Under the pieces are notes generated by a model. That model made no database searches, was not told the DNA's origin, and worked only from the letters and a program-made list of their open reading frames with translations. From the IMG/VR virus record IMGVR_UViG_3300044675_005052: a stretch of DNA of 64,000 nt; one strand, 5' to 3'. The stretch comes from a virus (Duplodnaviria > Caudoviricetes). This document shows, one piece after another, positions 43,001-51,984 of this stretch (positions within the stretch are counted from its first letter, which is position 1; the number at the start of each line of letters is the position of its first letter). A program made the position numbers and the translations under genes.

Positions 43001-45212
43001 TACCTCTACCACCACCAATAAATGAATGGGTACTTGTTATAGTATTTTGACTACCACCAACAATACTTGAAGTGGCACCTGATACGGTATTACCAATACC
43101 TCCCCCAATAAATCCTTGACAAAATCCACCTGAACTTGTTGTAAAATTTCGTAAAAGTGGTTGTGACGAAGGGAACGCTCCCATTGCGGCAGTTGCTCCA
43201 GTAACATATAAGTTTGTATATGGTGATGAATATGTTTGACCTGTAATAACTACGTTTCTACTACATCCAAAATTGTCATATGTTAATAAAAGGTCGTTTA
43301 CACTAAATGATGATAATTGATTCCCGTACAATTGTATTGTACAAGTGTTTGCCGAATATGATGATATTACTTGAGAATTACCTATAAAGTTTAATGCTCC
43401 ACCACCAATCATTGAATGACTAGCAAATGTTACATTAACGCTTCCGCCTCCAATAACACCAAAGTCTTCTACGACTCTATTATTATTACCACTTACAATA
43501 CCACCACCATAAGAACATTGACCTAAACAGTTTCCACATCCACCTAAAATTGCTGCTCTAACTCCATATGTTTTATTATTTAATCCTCCACCAATAACAC
43601 CATCTTCACCAACGCCTGTTGTACCCGATATCATATTACTTCTACCACCACCAATAAATCCAAATTCGTTACATATTGTATTACTAATACCACCGGCAAT
43701 TACTGAATTTGATGGGTTCAGTGTATTACTAGTAATACGATTGTTAAACCCACCACCTATTGAAGAAGATGTTCCACAAATAAAATTAAATCTACCACCG
43801 GCAATTGTTGAGTAATTACAACATGAGGTATTAAAACAACCTCCCCCAACTGTTGAACAACCACCTACTGAACAGTTAAGATAACCACCACCAATTGTTG
43901 AACAATTTCCTGATGCGGTATTTCGACGACCACCACCAATAAATGATGTAGCTCCTGATGAGATATTACAACAACCACCACCAATCGTACCATATACTGT
44001 ATACACAATATTTGATTTTCCACCACCAATGAATGAATAAGGACTACAGGTAATATTACATCTACCTCCAGTAATTGTTGATTTATCTCCACAAACAGTA
44101 TTTTGCATTCCACCACCAATGGTTGAACTGTCACAATAAGATTTGTTATTCGCTCCACCACCAACAGTTGAGTTATTCGCTAAGGCATAGTTGCAATAAC
44201 CACCGGCAATAGTTGCATCACCACTATTTGCTCCTGGACCAATAACACATGCTAAATTATATCCACCACCACCAATTGTATTTCTTGGCCCAATAACAAC
44301 ATTACAACAACCACCGATTATTGTTGAAGTATTTCCTGATATTCTGTTATAATCACCCCCACCAATGAATGATGTTGTCCCACCACTAATTATGTTTTTA
44401 GACCCCCCAACTACAACTGAAGAATCTGTTGTTGCTGAGTTTGAAATACCACCACCAATAAATGAATTGTTTCCTGATGCGGTATTTTGTTGACCACCAA
44501 CTATTGTTGAGGTTATATTTGTTGATGAGTTTAATATACCACCACCAATAAATGAATTGTCTCCTAATGCTTGATTTTCTTGACCACCACCTACGGTTGA
44601 ACCACCGCATGAGGTATTACAAAGTCCCCCACCAATAAAAGAATAATTATCTGATAAGGTATTCTTACTACCACCACCAATTGTACTTCCTATTGAATTA
44701 TTGCAAATAATATTACAATAACCTCCAGCAATTGTAGAACTTCGTGTTACATTTTTACCAACACCCACAAAAATACTATTATAAAGACCACCACCAATTG
44801 TTGATGTACCACCTGAAACACTATTACAAAAACCACCACTTATAGTTGAATCATTATTTGATACCGTATTACAACGACCACCTCCAATAAACGAATGTGT
44901 TCCTCCACTAACTACATTTTGTCGTCCACCAACAACCATTGAATAGTTTGTAGTTGCTGAGTTTGAATATCCACCTAAAGCACCGGAATTATCTCCTGAT
45001 GCAAGATTATTAACATCTCTTCTAATTGATGAGTTAACACCTGTACCACTTACAATTACAACAAATGGTGAACCACTAATTGCTTCATCGATTGTTGATT
45101 TATATGATGAACCTGCAGGATTTTGAGTCGGGTTATTAGTATCAACAATGTGAATTAATGTTTGACTTGTTGTAAACCCTGATGGTGAATATGTTCTTTG
45201 AGTTAAAATCAT
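40038..45212 (-). CDS. Long tail-fibre-like protein of ~14-residue Gly-rich repeats (predicted beta-helix / YadA-head-like)
   Basis: Dozens of S(T/F)IGGGxxNxASGxx units; two homologous blocks; globular C-terminal domain; TATTTATA at 45230-45237 on the minus strand. Confidence 0.7.
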   Translation of the reverse strand: MILTQRTYSPSGFTTSQTLIHIVDTNNPTQNPAGSSYKSTIDEAISGSPFVVIVSGTGVNSSIRRDVNNLASGDNSGALGGYSNSATTNYSMVVGGRQNVVSGGTHSFIGGGRCNTVSNNDSTISGGFCNSVSGGTSTIGGGLYNSIFVGVGKNVTRSSTIAGGYCNIICNNSIGSTIGGGSKNTLSDNYSFIGGGLCNTSCGGSTVGGGQENQALGDNSFIGGGILNSSTNITSTIVGGQQNTASGNNSFIGGGISNSATTDSSVVVGGSKNIISGGTTSFIGGGDYNRISGNTSTIIGGCCNVVIGPRNTIGGGGYNLACVIGPGANSGDATIAGGYCNYALANNSTVGGGANNKSYCDSSTIGGGMQNTVCGDKSTITGGRCNITCSPYSFIGGGKSNIVYTVYGTIGGGCCNISSGATSFIGGGRRNTASGNCSTIGGGYLNCSVGGCSTVGGGCFNTSCCNYSTIAGGRFNFICGTSSSIGGGFNNRITSNTLNPSNSVIAGGISNTICNEFGFIGGGRSNMISGTTGVGEDGVIGGGLNNKTYGVRAAILGGCGNCLGQCSYGGGIVSGNNNRVVEDFGVIGGGSVNVTFASHSMIGGGALNFIGNSQVISSYSANTCTIQLYGNQLSSFSVNDLLLTYDNFGCSRNVVITGQTYSSPYTNLYVTGATAAMGAFPSSQPLLRNFTTSSGGFCQGFIGGGIGNTVSGATSSIVGGSQNTITSTHSFIGGGRGNISSGNYSSILGGSSNNTSGCTCAMIVGSNITANRNCTTFVNDMIIDSMSTCSGCYVGVSTNGLLVPIAGGGGGGSSAVIITGTGVNSSVRCGVSNLASGNCSAVLGGSSNSGTTDFSVVVGGNQNIISGGTHSFIGGGCGNTVSGSTSTIGGGYKNTASGACSFIGGGSSNIASGPHSTIGGGFSNESNGNYSTIAGGRNNTVSCNYTFIGGGINNNALDYCTTIGGGVGNIVSGTSSTIGGGNQNTVSGNFSFIGGGSLNVATGQTSTIAGGRNNTSGGIDSTISGGRNNTASGNCSFVGGGCKNIASSQYSTVGGGQSNTSSCFRSTIAGGLSNTSSGAYSFIGAGCCNIASGNTSTIAGGCKNVTSALSFVGGGTTNCAIGNCSSIVGGSGNTVSSVFSTIGGGKSNYISSYYTKYSSIVGGQSNCVGYGYQSFIGGGCCNIVYGTSSAIIGGRKNTACGSYSIISNGFCNCARSGSFVGTGVCHLSCKSSFVGGGCKNTSSEYFSFVGGGTGNTSSNCFSFVGGGYCNTASGCTSFIGGGSCNLSSGCWSTVGGGFKNTASCCFSTIGGGNGNTASGLRSFVGSGGGNISSSTSTVVGGGNCNTASGVYSFIGGGSNNTSSGSTSTIAGGRCNTSGGIDSTIGGGRCNTLLGEYSFIGGGRENNSVCRDSSIGGGRGNCANGYRSTIAGGGFNTTQGTNSFIGGGRSNIASGVDSTIGGGFCNTASGCTSVIGGGISNIVSGFFSTIGGGWDNTVNGNRATIAGGFCNSASDNYSTVGGGRENTASGANSTIGGGQLNVASGASSTVTGGFLNRAYGENSSIIGGNRACAPRFGQRSFANGTWTPFTGTGETQQIDLLGRNTTTGVTTVNIFLDGSSQRISVLNETAMFVTINIAGITSGGTSAAHYIRKVAIKNVGGTTSLIGASPVSTIGTDVEDNALYDVTISADDTNDALDIQVTGAVGDTMRWTVHISGVEIKYSWT

Positions 45213-45242
45213 TGGTTTTTGTTTTATATTATAAATAGTTCG

Positions 45243-45548
45243 TTATTGGAAATCGAATATCTCAAAGTCCATAAATTCAAAATATTCGTAATCTTGGAAT
45301 TGTTTTGGAACTGGTGGTAATAAGTTACAATATACCACTTCAAATCTTTCACAACCATCCCCATAAATGACTTTAATACCTACTGCGGCAACATTATTAA
45401 ATTGTGAAGGTAACACAATAATATTATCCGGAGGTACTGAAGTAACTATTGTTGCAATTAACGCACAATGATTACCATAAACATCACACGCATAAATTGT
45501 ATACGGGAAGTTTGAACCTGTAATTGCTTGTATGTTAATTGCTGTCAT
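45243..45548 (-). CDS. Small putative structural protein, paralogue of 48689-48904
   Basis: Shared ITG..P(Y/F)..Y.CD...P..(F/W).......IKVI...(G/N)CE pattern. Confidence 0.65.
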   Translation of the reverse strand: MTAINIQAITGSNFPYTIYACDVYGNHCALIATIVTSVPPDNIIVLPSQFNNVAAVGIKVIYGDGCERFEVVYCNLLPPVPKQFQDYEYFEFMDFEIFDFQ

Positions 45549-45551
45549 ATA

Positions 45552-47771
45552 TTAAAAAGTATATAATGGGTTTGTTGGTAATTGAAGAACACCATTTATT
45601 ACTGTTGCAACGACATCACTAAATACACTATTAGAAACACCATTAACAATAGGTGATGCTAAAATTCTAAAAGATTTAACATTATTTGGGTCTGTTAATT
45701 CAACTCTATAATGATAGACGGAAACAAATTGTTGAATACCTCCACCGCTCGATGTTCCGATTGATGTAAAATTATTACAAGTTAATGCGGATAACGAAGG
45801 TATTTGTGTATAAGGTGAACTACTACCTGAAAAAGGTACTGTTGAGTTAAGATAATTATTTAGCCAATAAAACCCATGGAGAGTTGATGCACTAACAACG
45901 GTTGGTGGATTTTCTACAAAATATAAAGATGCCCCAAAAGGTCTAACATATTTAGAACCAGTATTGGTTGTGAAATCTTCAATATTTGTTACTCCGGTTG
46001 AACTAACATTAACATTTCTAATTATATCGTTAATGATGGTTTGACAACTAATATCACAAGGGTCAAACGGTGGTAAACCGTCAGATATTGTTGGCATTGT
46101 GATGTTTAAAGTATAAACCCCTCCTGTATCTCCGGTTGTTACTATACTAGAATAATGTATATCATATTTTACAACAGTTGTTCCATCTCCACAAGGATTA
46201 GATTGGGGTTGTTTTGGTATATATAACTCAAAATATCTATAATAATTTGGGTCGGCAGGATTTGATGGTGTTCCATAATAAGGTGACAACAAATCATAAG
46301 ATGATTTATAATGTATTAAATCACTTAAACTACTAAATTCCATTTTAATTACTCCTTGTCCTGATGGACCAGTGTTTTCTTTTTTAAATTTAATTGTATT
46401 TGTGTTAGGGGGTGAACAAGTTGGTGTTGTAGTAAAGTTATAATTTGCAGAACAGGTTGTAGAGTCCCAATCTAATGTGTTAGGGAAGTTCCTATTAAGT
46501 AGTCCTGTACTATTATTGGTGCTTACCTCAGAGAACTGTGTCGTATTGATAGCTGTTATAGTTGTTACTTGATATTTGTAAATATCGTTATCAGTTATAG
46601 CACTTGAGGTACAACCTGATAAATTAAGATTAACTATAATTGATGAACAAGAACCTGTAAAACCAGTAATAGATGATGATTGTATTTTATATGGTGTATT
46701 TAAATAATCGTATAAACATAAATCACAGTCAAAGGTGTCCATACAAGTAAAATAAAAATCCCATTCCGTTTGTGGGTTAATTTGATTTGGAATTACTTCT
46801 AAAATTAAATAATCTCCGGGACTTCTTGTTAATGATGTTAATGATGTTACTTTTGAAAAATAATTTGAAGTATCGGCTGATTTTGGAAAAGTTAATAAAT
46901 TAATAAATGAAGTTCCAAGGTCACCTCCAACTACCCAATACTCTAAAATAATTGGGTCTGTATATGCTGAACCATAAAACGTAATTTTAAGTGAGTCCGG
47001 TATATTAAACCCTCGAAATTTCCAAGAAAAATAATCGGTTGTTAAATCTAATTCAAATGTTGATTGTAAAGTTAATGGAGTTACACCTGCGGCTGCTCCA
47101 GCAAAATTAACCCTATGAGTATAATTGTTCGGTAACGGTACTGTTCCATTGTCACAAGTAAAAGGTTGAACATTAACTGTTGTTGCGTTAAAACATTCTA
47201 ACTCGGCTTGAATATAACCAGTTCCACCTGTTTGAGAATAATTAAGTCCATTTAGTTTAACTTTATCAATTACAGGTATATAAGTTCCTGCTGGCTGCAT
47301 TGGAGAATTAATACCTACTAATGGATGTGTAAAATCTCTTGGTAAAAAATTTATATCTTGACCAAAACCTGATGTGAAGGCAATATTTGTTGAAGAATTT
47401 GGTCCGTACCAAATTATTCTATAATCTGTAATGTCATTTTCACAACTACCGGTTAATTCTCCTGCGACAATTAAACCAATAGTATTAGTTTGATATGAAT
47501 CAAAGGATAACTCACAAGTTGTACATAAATCGTTAGATAATAAATCAAGTGTTGCACAACATTTTGATAATATGTCTATTATTCTAATTGTGGTAGTTAA
47601 ATCGGGTACATTACCCATAACATACGGACATAACGGACCAAATAAACTATCATAACTTACGTTAGTTTGAAAAGGTGATGTATAATTATCAACGTTTGAA
47701 TATATGTTAAATGTTCCACCTAAAAGGGTAGTTCCTAAATCGGTTAAACAAGTTGAAGCTGAAAACGGCAT
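45552..47771 (-). CDS. Putative structural protein, 739 aa, Thr/Cys-rich
   Basis: Lies in the minus-strand fibre operon. Confidence 0.6.
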   Translation of the reverse strand: MPFSASTCLTDLGTTLLGGTFNIYSNVDNYTSPFQTNVSYDSLFGPLCPYVMGNVPDLTTTIRIIDILSKCCATLDLLSNDLCTTCELSFDSYQTNTIGLIVAGELTGSCENDITDYRIIWYGPNSSTNIAFTSGFGQDINFLPRDFTHPLVGINSPMQPAGTYIPVIDKVKLNGLNYSQTGGTGYIQAELECFNATTVNVQPFTCDNGTVPLPNNYTHRVNFAGAAAGVTPLTLQSTFELDLTTDYFSWKFRGFNIPDSLKITFYGSAYTDPIILEYWVVGGDLGTSFINLLTFPKSADTSNYFSKVTSLTSLTRSPGDYLILEVIPNQINPQTEWDFYFTCMDTFDCDLCLYDYLNTPYKIQSSSITGFTGSCSSIIVNLNLSGCTSSAITDNDIYKYQVTTITAINTTQFSEVSTNNSTGLLNRNFPNTLDWDSTTCSANYNFTTTPTCSPPNTNTIKFKKENTGPSGQGVIKMEFSSLSDLIHYKSSYDLLSPYYGTPSNPADPNYYRYFELYIPKQPQSNPCGDGTTVVKYDIHYSSIVTTGDTGGVYTLNITMPTISDGLPPFDPCDISCQTIINDIIRNVNVSSTGVTNIEDFTTNTGSKYVRPFGASLYFVENPPTVVSASTLHGFYWLNNYLNSTVPFSGSSSPYTQIPSLSALTCNNFTSIGTSSGGGIQQFVSVYHYRVELTDPNNVKSFRILASPIVNGVSNSVFSDVVATVINGVLQLPTNPLYTF

Positions 47772-47781
47772 ATTTTAATTT

Positions 47782-48687
47782 TTAAGTTTTATTATATAAG
47801 TAACCCTCTAATCCACAATCAATACACGGAGATGGAATTCCTGAAGATGTTGGTGTAGGAGTTGGAGTTGGTGTAGGTATAATTGATTCTGAACATAAAA
47901 TACAATCCGCACCTATTTGACTTCCATAAGGACCAATTAGTAATGTAATATCATCAATACCGATTGTGTTATTATTAACCCCAATATATCCAACACATAT
48001 TACTGTCCCATTAACGTTAGCTTGATAAACTTGAAAATTTTCAATTGGGATATTTCCTGGTGTAACTAATTGATTTGTGGTATAATACATCGTACCGTCA
48101 TAACAATTTTGGAATTGATAACTATAAGGACATACAATACTATCATCAATTGTATTGAAAGTTACCCCTTGTTCAAAAGTACAAGTACGAGCAATTTGTG
48201 CCGATGGTGTCGGGGTCATTGTAGGTGTTGGTGTTGGAGTGGAAGTAACACTTTGAATTGTTGCACTTATAACTACATTACAAAATTTAGTTGGTGTAGG
48301 TGTTGGTGTAGGTGTTAATGTAGTTGTACTAGTTACAGTTGGTGTTGGAGTTGTTTCAAAATCACAATCAAATATTGCTGAGAAATTTAAATTTGCACAA
48401 TTTAATGTTGGTGTGGGAGTTGGTGTTGGACACGCTCCAATAGAAAAATAAACATCATCTAAATCCGGACACGGGTTGAAACAAGGTGATTGACCCGATA
48501 AAAGACAAGACCCGTCTAAAACTGTTGATAAACACCATTGAGTTGACCCTGTGTTATAATAAATGGATAATCCATTTGTTTGACCGGTCCAATATAGTTG
48601 AGAATTCCATGTCCCTGCACTAAAGTATAGGTCGTTAAATGTTGGGTAACCAGTGTTTGAAAGGCAATATGTAGAACTACACGGCAT
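47782..48687 (-). CDS. Putative structural protein with multiple Thr-Pro linkers
   Basis: Four (PT)n tracts separated by Cys-containing modules. Confidence 0.65.
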   Translation of the reverse strand: MPCSSTYCLSNTGYPTFNDLYFSAGTWNSQLYWTGQTNGLSIYYNTGSTQWCLSTVLDGSCLLSGQSPCFNPCPDLDDVYFSIGACPTPTPTPTLNCANLNFSAIFDCDFETTPTPTVTSTTTLTPTPTPTPTKFCNVVISATIQSVTSTPTPTPTMTPTPSAQIARTCTFEQGVTFNTIDDSIVCPYSYQFQNCYDGTMYYTTNQLVTPGNIPIENFQVYQANVNGTVICVGYIGVNNNTIGIDDITLLIGPYGSQIGADCILCSESIIPTPTPTPTPTSSGIPSPCIDCGLEGYLYNKT

Positions 48688-48688
48688 A

Positions 48689-48904
48689 TTATAATGTTAG
48701 ATTTAAAATTGATTCACAATTATTATTATCAATAACTTTTATATTAAAAGATGTTAACGAACTCCAAATAGGTGGTATTGTCACATTATATGGGAATGTT
48801 GAAATTGTGTCTATATATATTGATAAAGTAATAGGGTTATCACATAGATACACTTTAAAAGGAGATACTCCGGTAATATTACTTATAGTTATTTGTGTGC
48901 TCAT
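48689..48904 (-). CDS. Small putative structural protein, first gene of the minus operon
   Basis: TATTTATT on the minus strand at 48921-48928; paralogue of 45243-45548. Confidence 0.7.
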   Translation of the reverse strand: MSTQITISNITGVSPFKVYLCDNPITLSIYIDTISTFPYNVTIPPIWSSLTSFNIKVIDNNNCESILNLTL

Positions 48905-48954
48905 TTCTTTAGGTTATCTCAATAAATATAATGGGAATGAAAAACTTGTGAAGA

Positions 48955-48985
48955 TTGACAGTTATATTATTTTTTCTTATCTTTG
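48955..48985 (+). promoter_or_regulatory. Bacteroidota-type housekeeping promoter
   Basis: TTG (48955-57), 20 nt, TATCTTTG (48978-85) fits the -33/-7 TAnnTTTG consensus. Confidence 0.75.
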
Positions 48986-48989
48986 CTGT

Positions 48990-49889
48990 ATGTCAGATGA
49001 TGCGGAAATTTTATTAGAAATACTACACGATATTCTTGGAGATGAAAAACTCCACTATGAATCAAAAGGTCAAATATCTTTTGATTGTCCGATATGCGAT
49101 GAAGACCAACATAAAGGAAACCTTGAGGTAAATTACTTTGAACACGTATATAAGTGTTGGAGTTGTGGTGACGAGAATAACACAAAAGGTCCTCTTGGTA
49201 AACTTATTGATAACTTTGGTGATAAGAAACAAAAGAAAATATATAACTTACTTCAACCTGAAAATCATAAACCAAAAGAGAAACGTAAAGATTATTTAAA
49301 GTTACCGACAGGTTTTACATTATTTAAAGATAGTAGTTTGGTTTATCCGGTTCGTCGTCAAGCTTACAATTACCTTAAACAACGTGGGATTACCGATGAG
49401 ATTATTGAGAAGTATGGTATTGGATTCTGTGATACGGGAGCATTCTCGGGGAGAATTATTATACCATCTTATGATAATAAAGGTGTATTAAATTATTTTA
49501 TTGCAAGAAGTTGGGACGCAAACTCAAGGGCAAAATATAAAAACCCCGAAGCGTCCAAAGATGAGATAATATTTTTTGAGAACACAATAAATTGGAATGA
49601 GGACATCCATCTTTGTGAAGGTGCATTTGATGCTATATTCCTACCTAATAGTATTGCTATGTTAGGAAAACATATGTCCGAGTTATTACTTAACACGTTG
49701 TATGAGAAAGCGAATGGTAATATAATTATATGTCTCGACGCCGATGCGTGGTCAGACGCAGTTAAGTTATATCACAACCTAAATGGTGGTAAATTATATG
49801 GTAAAGTTAAAATAATAAAATTAACAGGTGATGCCGATGTTGCCGATTTAAGGGGTAACATCAGTGATTACTATTATAAAATAAAATAG
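48990..49889 (+). CDS. DNA primase (DnaG/gp61-like); start ATG 48990
   Basis: Zn finger CPICD...CWSC, YLKQRGI, RIIIP, TOPRIM EGAFDA and DAD. Confidence 0.9.
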   Translation: MSDDAEILLEILHDILGDEKLHYESKGQISFDCPICDEDQHKGNLEVNYFEHVYKCWSCGDENNTKGPLGKLIDNFGDKKQKKIYNLLQPENHKPKEKRKDYLKLPTGFTLFKDSSLVYPVRRQAYNYLKQRGITDEIIEKYGIGFCDTGAFSGRIIIPSYDNKGVLNYFIARSWDANSRAKYKNPEASKDEIIFFENTINWNEDIHLCEGAFDAIFLPNSIAMLGKHMSELLLNTLYEKANGNIIICLDADAWSDAVKLYHNLNGGKLYGKVKIIKLTGDADVADLRGNISDYYYKIK

Positions 49890-50753
49890 ATGATAGATTT
49901 AAATGAGGTTGCGAAAGAAATAAGAGGGTTATTAGATAAACGAAGAGAGGAACTTGAATTAACATTCGTTGAGGACACCCACACTTATTATATGAAGGAT
50001 GAGACCGGAGTTATCAGAAGTGATTATCCATCTGTTAGTAAGGTAATGAAATATTTCTACGAGGAGTTTGACACAGAAGGGATATCTTTTAAGAAAGCCA
50101 AAGGTGACCCTGAAGTTCAACAACAATTATTAGATGAATGGAAAGCTGCTGGTGACTATTCAACCAATATGGGAAGTAGGGTTCACTATATGTTAGAAAA
50201 GAAAACCATAGAGATGTTTGGTGATTACAAAGAAGTAAGACAACCAATATTTGAATGTGACTTCACCCAAATATTAAAAGGTGATAGTATGATATCAGCC
50301 GGGGCGGCATACCTAAATCTTATGGTTGAGAGAGGTGCGGTGTTATTGGATACGGAGATTGTATTGGGAGACCCTGAATTAAAATATACCGGACAACCCG
50401 ATAAGGTGTGGCTCATAATGAATAAGGAACAAACAGAGTTTGGGCTAGTGATAACCGATTGGAAGTCAAACAAACCAAAGAACTTTGAGGAGAGTCATTT
50501 CACCAAAAAAATGTATTACCCATTTGATAAATTACCAAATAACGCATTGGGTCACTACTTTACCCAATTACCATTTTATGGGAAACTTCTTATTAAGATG
50601 TTACAAGGAACAAAATACGAGAACATTAAATTGTATGGGTGTATTATTGTTCTTGTTAAGGAAATTGGTGAGTATGAAGAATTCCGTGTTCCAAAAGGAG
50701 TTCAAGAAACTATATTGGAAATGGATATGTCAAAGTATTTGACTAAAAAATAA
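49890..50753 (+). CDS. PD-(D/E)XK exonuclease
   Basis: YPSVSKV, GSRVH, E..L....TGQPD, ITDWKSN, QL..Y. Confidence 0.8.
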   Translation: MIDLNEVAKEIRGLLDKRREELELTFVEDTHTYYMKDETGVIRSDYPSVSKVMKYFYEEFDTEGISFKKAKGDPEVQQQLLDEWKAAGDYSTNMGSRVHYMLEKKTIEMFGDYKEVRQPIFECDFTQILKGDSMISAGAAYLNLMVERGAVLLDTEIVLGDPELKYTGQPDKVWLIMNKEQTEFGLVITDWKSNKPKNFEESHFTKKMYYPFDKLPNNALGHYFTQLPFYGKLLIKMLQGTKYENIKLYGCIIVLVKEIGEYEEFRVPKGVQETILEMDMSKYLTKK

Positions 50754-50781
50754 AAATTAACTAAATTTAAAATAAAAACAT

Positions 50782-50997
50782 ATGGACGATTTATTAAAAC
50801 CAAAAATTGATTTAAAACAACAACCGACATTAGTGTGTGAGGAGTGTGACGGAATCTACTTCAAGGAAGTAACAATGATAAAAAAAGTTAACAAATTGTT
50901 AACAGGAAGTCAGGAAGACACCATAGTTCCTTTCCCAACTTATAGATGTGACGATTGTGGTCATGTAAATGAAGATTTTAAATTATTTGATAAGTAA
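50782..50997 (+). CDS. Small zinc-ribbon protein
   Basis: CEEC...CDDCG. Confidence 0.75.
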   Translation: MDDLLKPKIDLKQQPTLVCEECDGIYFKEVTMIKKVNKLLTGSQEDTIVPFPTYRCDDCGHVNEDFKLFDK

Positions 50998-51185
50998 TGA
51001 GATTAATTAAACGACCTGAAGTTTGTGGTATCTGTACCGCATCATTGTGGTGGATACCAACAATGACTTACTTTATGCTGAAGATGAATGATATAATATC
51101 ACCAAGTAAAGAATGGGTGTGGTGGGTAGCAATTCCTGTAATGTTTTTGATTTGGGTACTATTAAATTGGAAAATAAAAAAATAA
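50997..51185 (+). CDS. Small membrane protein
   Basis: Two hydrophobic, Trp-rich segments. Confidence 0.65.
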   Translation: MRLIKRPEVCGICTASLWWIPTMTYFMLKMNDIISPSKEWVWWVAIPVMFLIWVLLNWKIKK

Positions 51186-51186
51186 G

Positions 51187-51984
51187 ATGATAAAGAAATT
51201 AGTTCACTTTAGTGACTTACATATAAGATTATTTAAAGACCACGATTTATATCGAGGAATCTTGAATGATATGTTGGTGCAATTCAAAGAGATTGCTCCG
51301 GACAGAATTGTTTTCACCGGAGATTTAGTTCACTCTAAAAATCAAATGACTCCTGAACTTATTGAGTTTGTTGCTTGGATTCTTACGGAGTGTTCTCAAA
51401 TTGCTAAAACCATAGTTATAATTGGAAACCACGACTTCTTAGAGAGTAACTCTTCAAGGTTGGACGCTCTTACACCAGTGATTGATTCATTGAAAAACGA
51501 CAACATCGTTTATTTGAAGAACAGAGGTGAATACGAGGACGATAATGTTGATTGGGTGGTGTATTCATTACTTGACCATAACATTCCACCTGAGATTGAA
51601 AAAACGGGTAGATTAAAGATAGGTTTATTCCACGGACCGGTTCAGGGATTAACAACCGATATTGGATATAAGTTTGAAACCGGATTTGAAACGGATAAGT
51701 TTAACGGATGTGATTTGGTATTATGTGGTGATATTCACAAAAGACAAATCTTTAACATACCTGGTGGGAAGAAAGCATATATGGTCGGTTCAACAATCCA
51801 ACAGAACTATGGTGAAACAATAACCAAACACGGATTCGGAATCTACAATCTTGAATCAGATGATTATTCATTTGTTGATTTGGATAATCCAAAACCTTTC
51901 TTATCATTTAAAATGAAATCATTTGATGATATAATAAACGGAACTGAAAAACTGGTTAACAGTGGAAGTCAAACTAACAACTAG
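51187..51984 (+). CDS. sbcD: SbcD/Mre11/gp47-like metallophosphoesterase nuclease (short)
   Basis: HFSDLH, FTGDL, GNHD, FHG, GDIHK, GS motifs. Confidence 0.85.
   Translation: MIKKLVHFSDLHIRLFKDHDLYRGILNDMLVQFKEIAPDRIVFTGDLVHSKNQMTPELIEFVAWILTECSQIAKTIVIIGNHDFLESNSSRLDALTPVIDSLKNDNIVYLKNRGEYEDDNVDWVVYSLLDHNIPPEIEKTGRLKIGLFHGPVQGLTTDIGYKFETGFETDKFNGCDLVLCGDIHKRQIFNIPGGKKAYMVGSTIQQNYGETITKHGFGIYNLESDDYSFVDLDNPKPFLSFKMKSFDDIINGTEKLVNSGSQTNN

Noticed and set aside
42634-44444. Near-identical repeats in the Gly-rich fibre as a DGR template/variable pair
   Set aside because: No reverse transcriptase in the window, both copies are internal and coding, and the differences are not adenine-specific.
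40038-45212. Ice-nucleation or antifreeze protein
   Set aside because: The repeat is ~14-mer GGG-N-type, not the 16-mer AGYGSTxTA of ice-nucleation proteins; nothing supports this beyond Thr/Ser/Gly richness.
48807-48989. N-terminal hydrophobic extension of primase in the ORF track
   Set aside because: It overlaps the divergent gene and promoter; the real start is likely ATG 48990. Similar over-extensions affect ORFs 6323, 13695 and 52572.
49890-50753. Cas4-like nuclease suggesting a CRISPR system
   Set aside because: No array or other cas genes, and no Fe-S cysteine cluster; it is an ordinary phage PD-(D/E)XK exonuclease next to primase.
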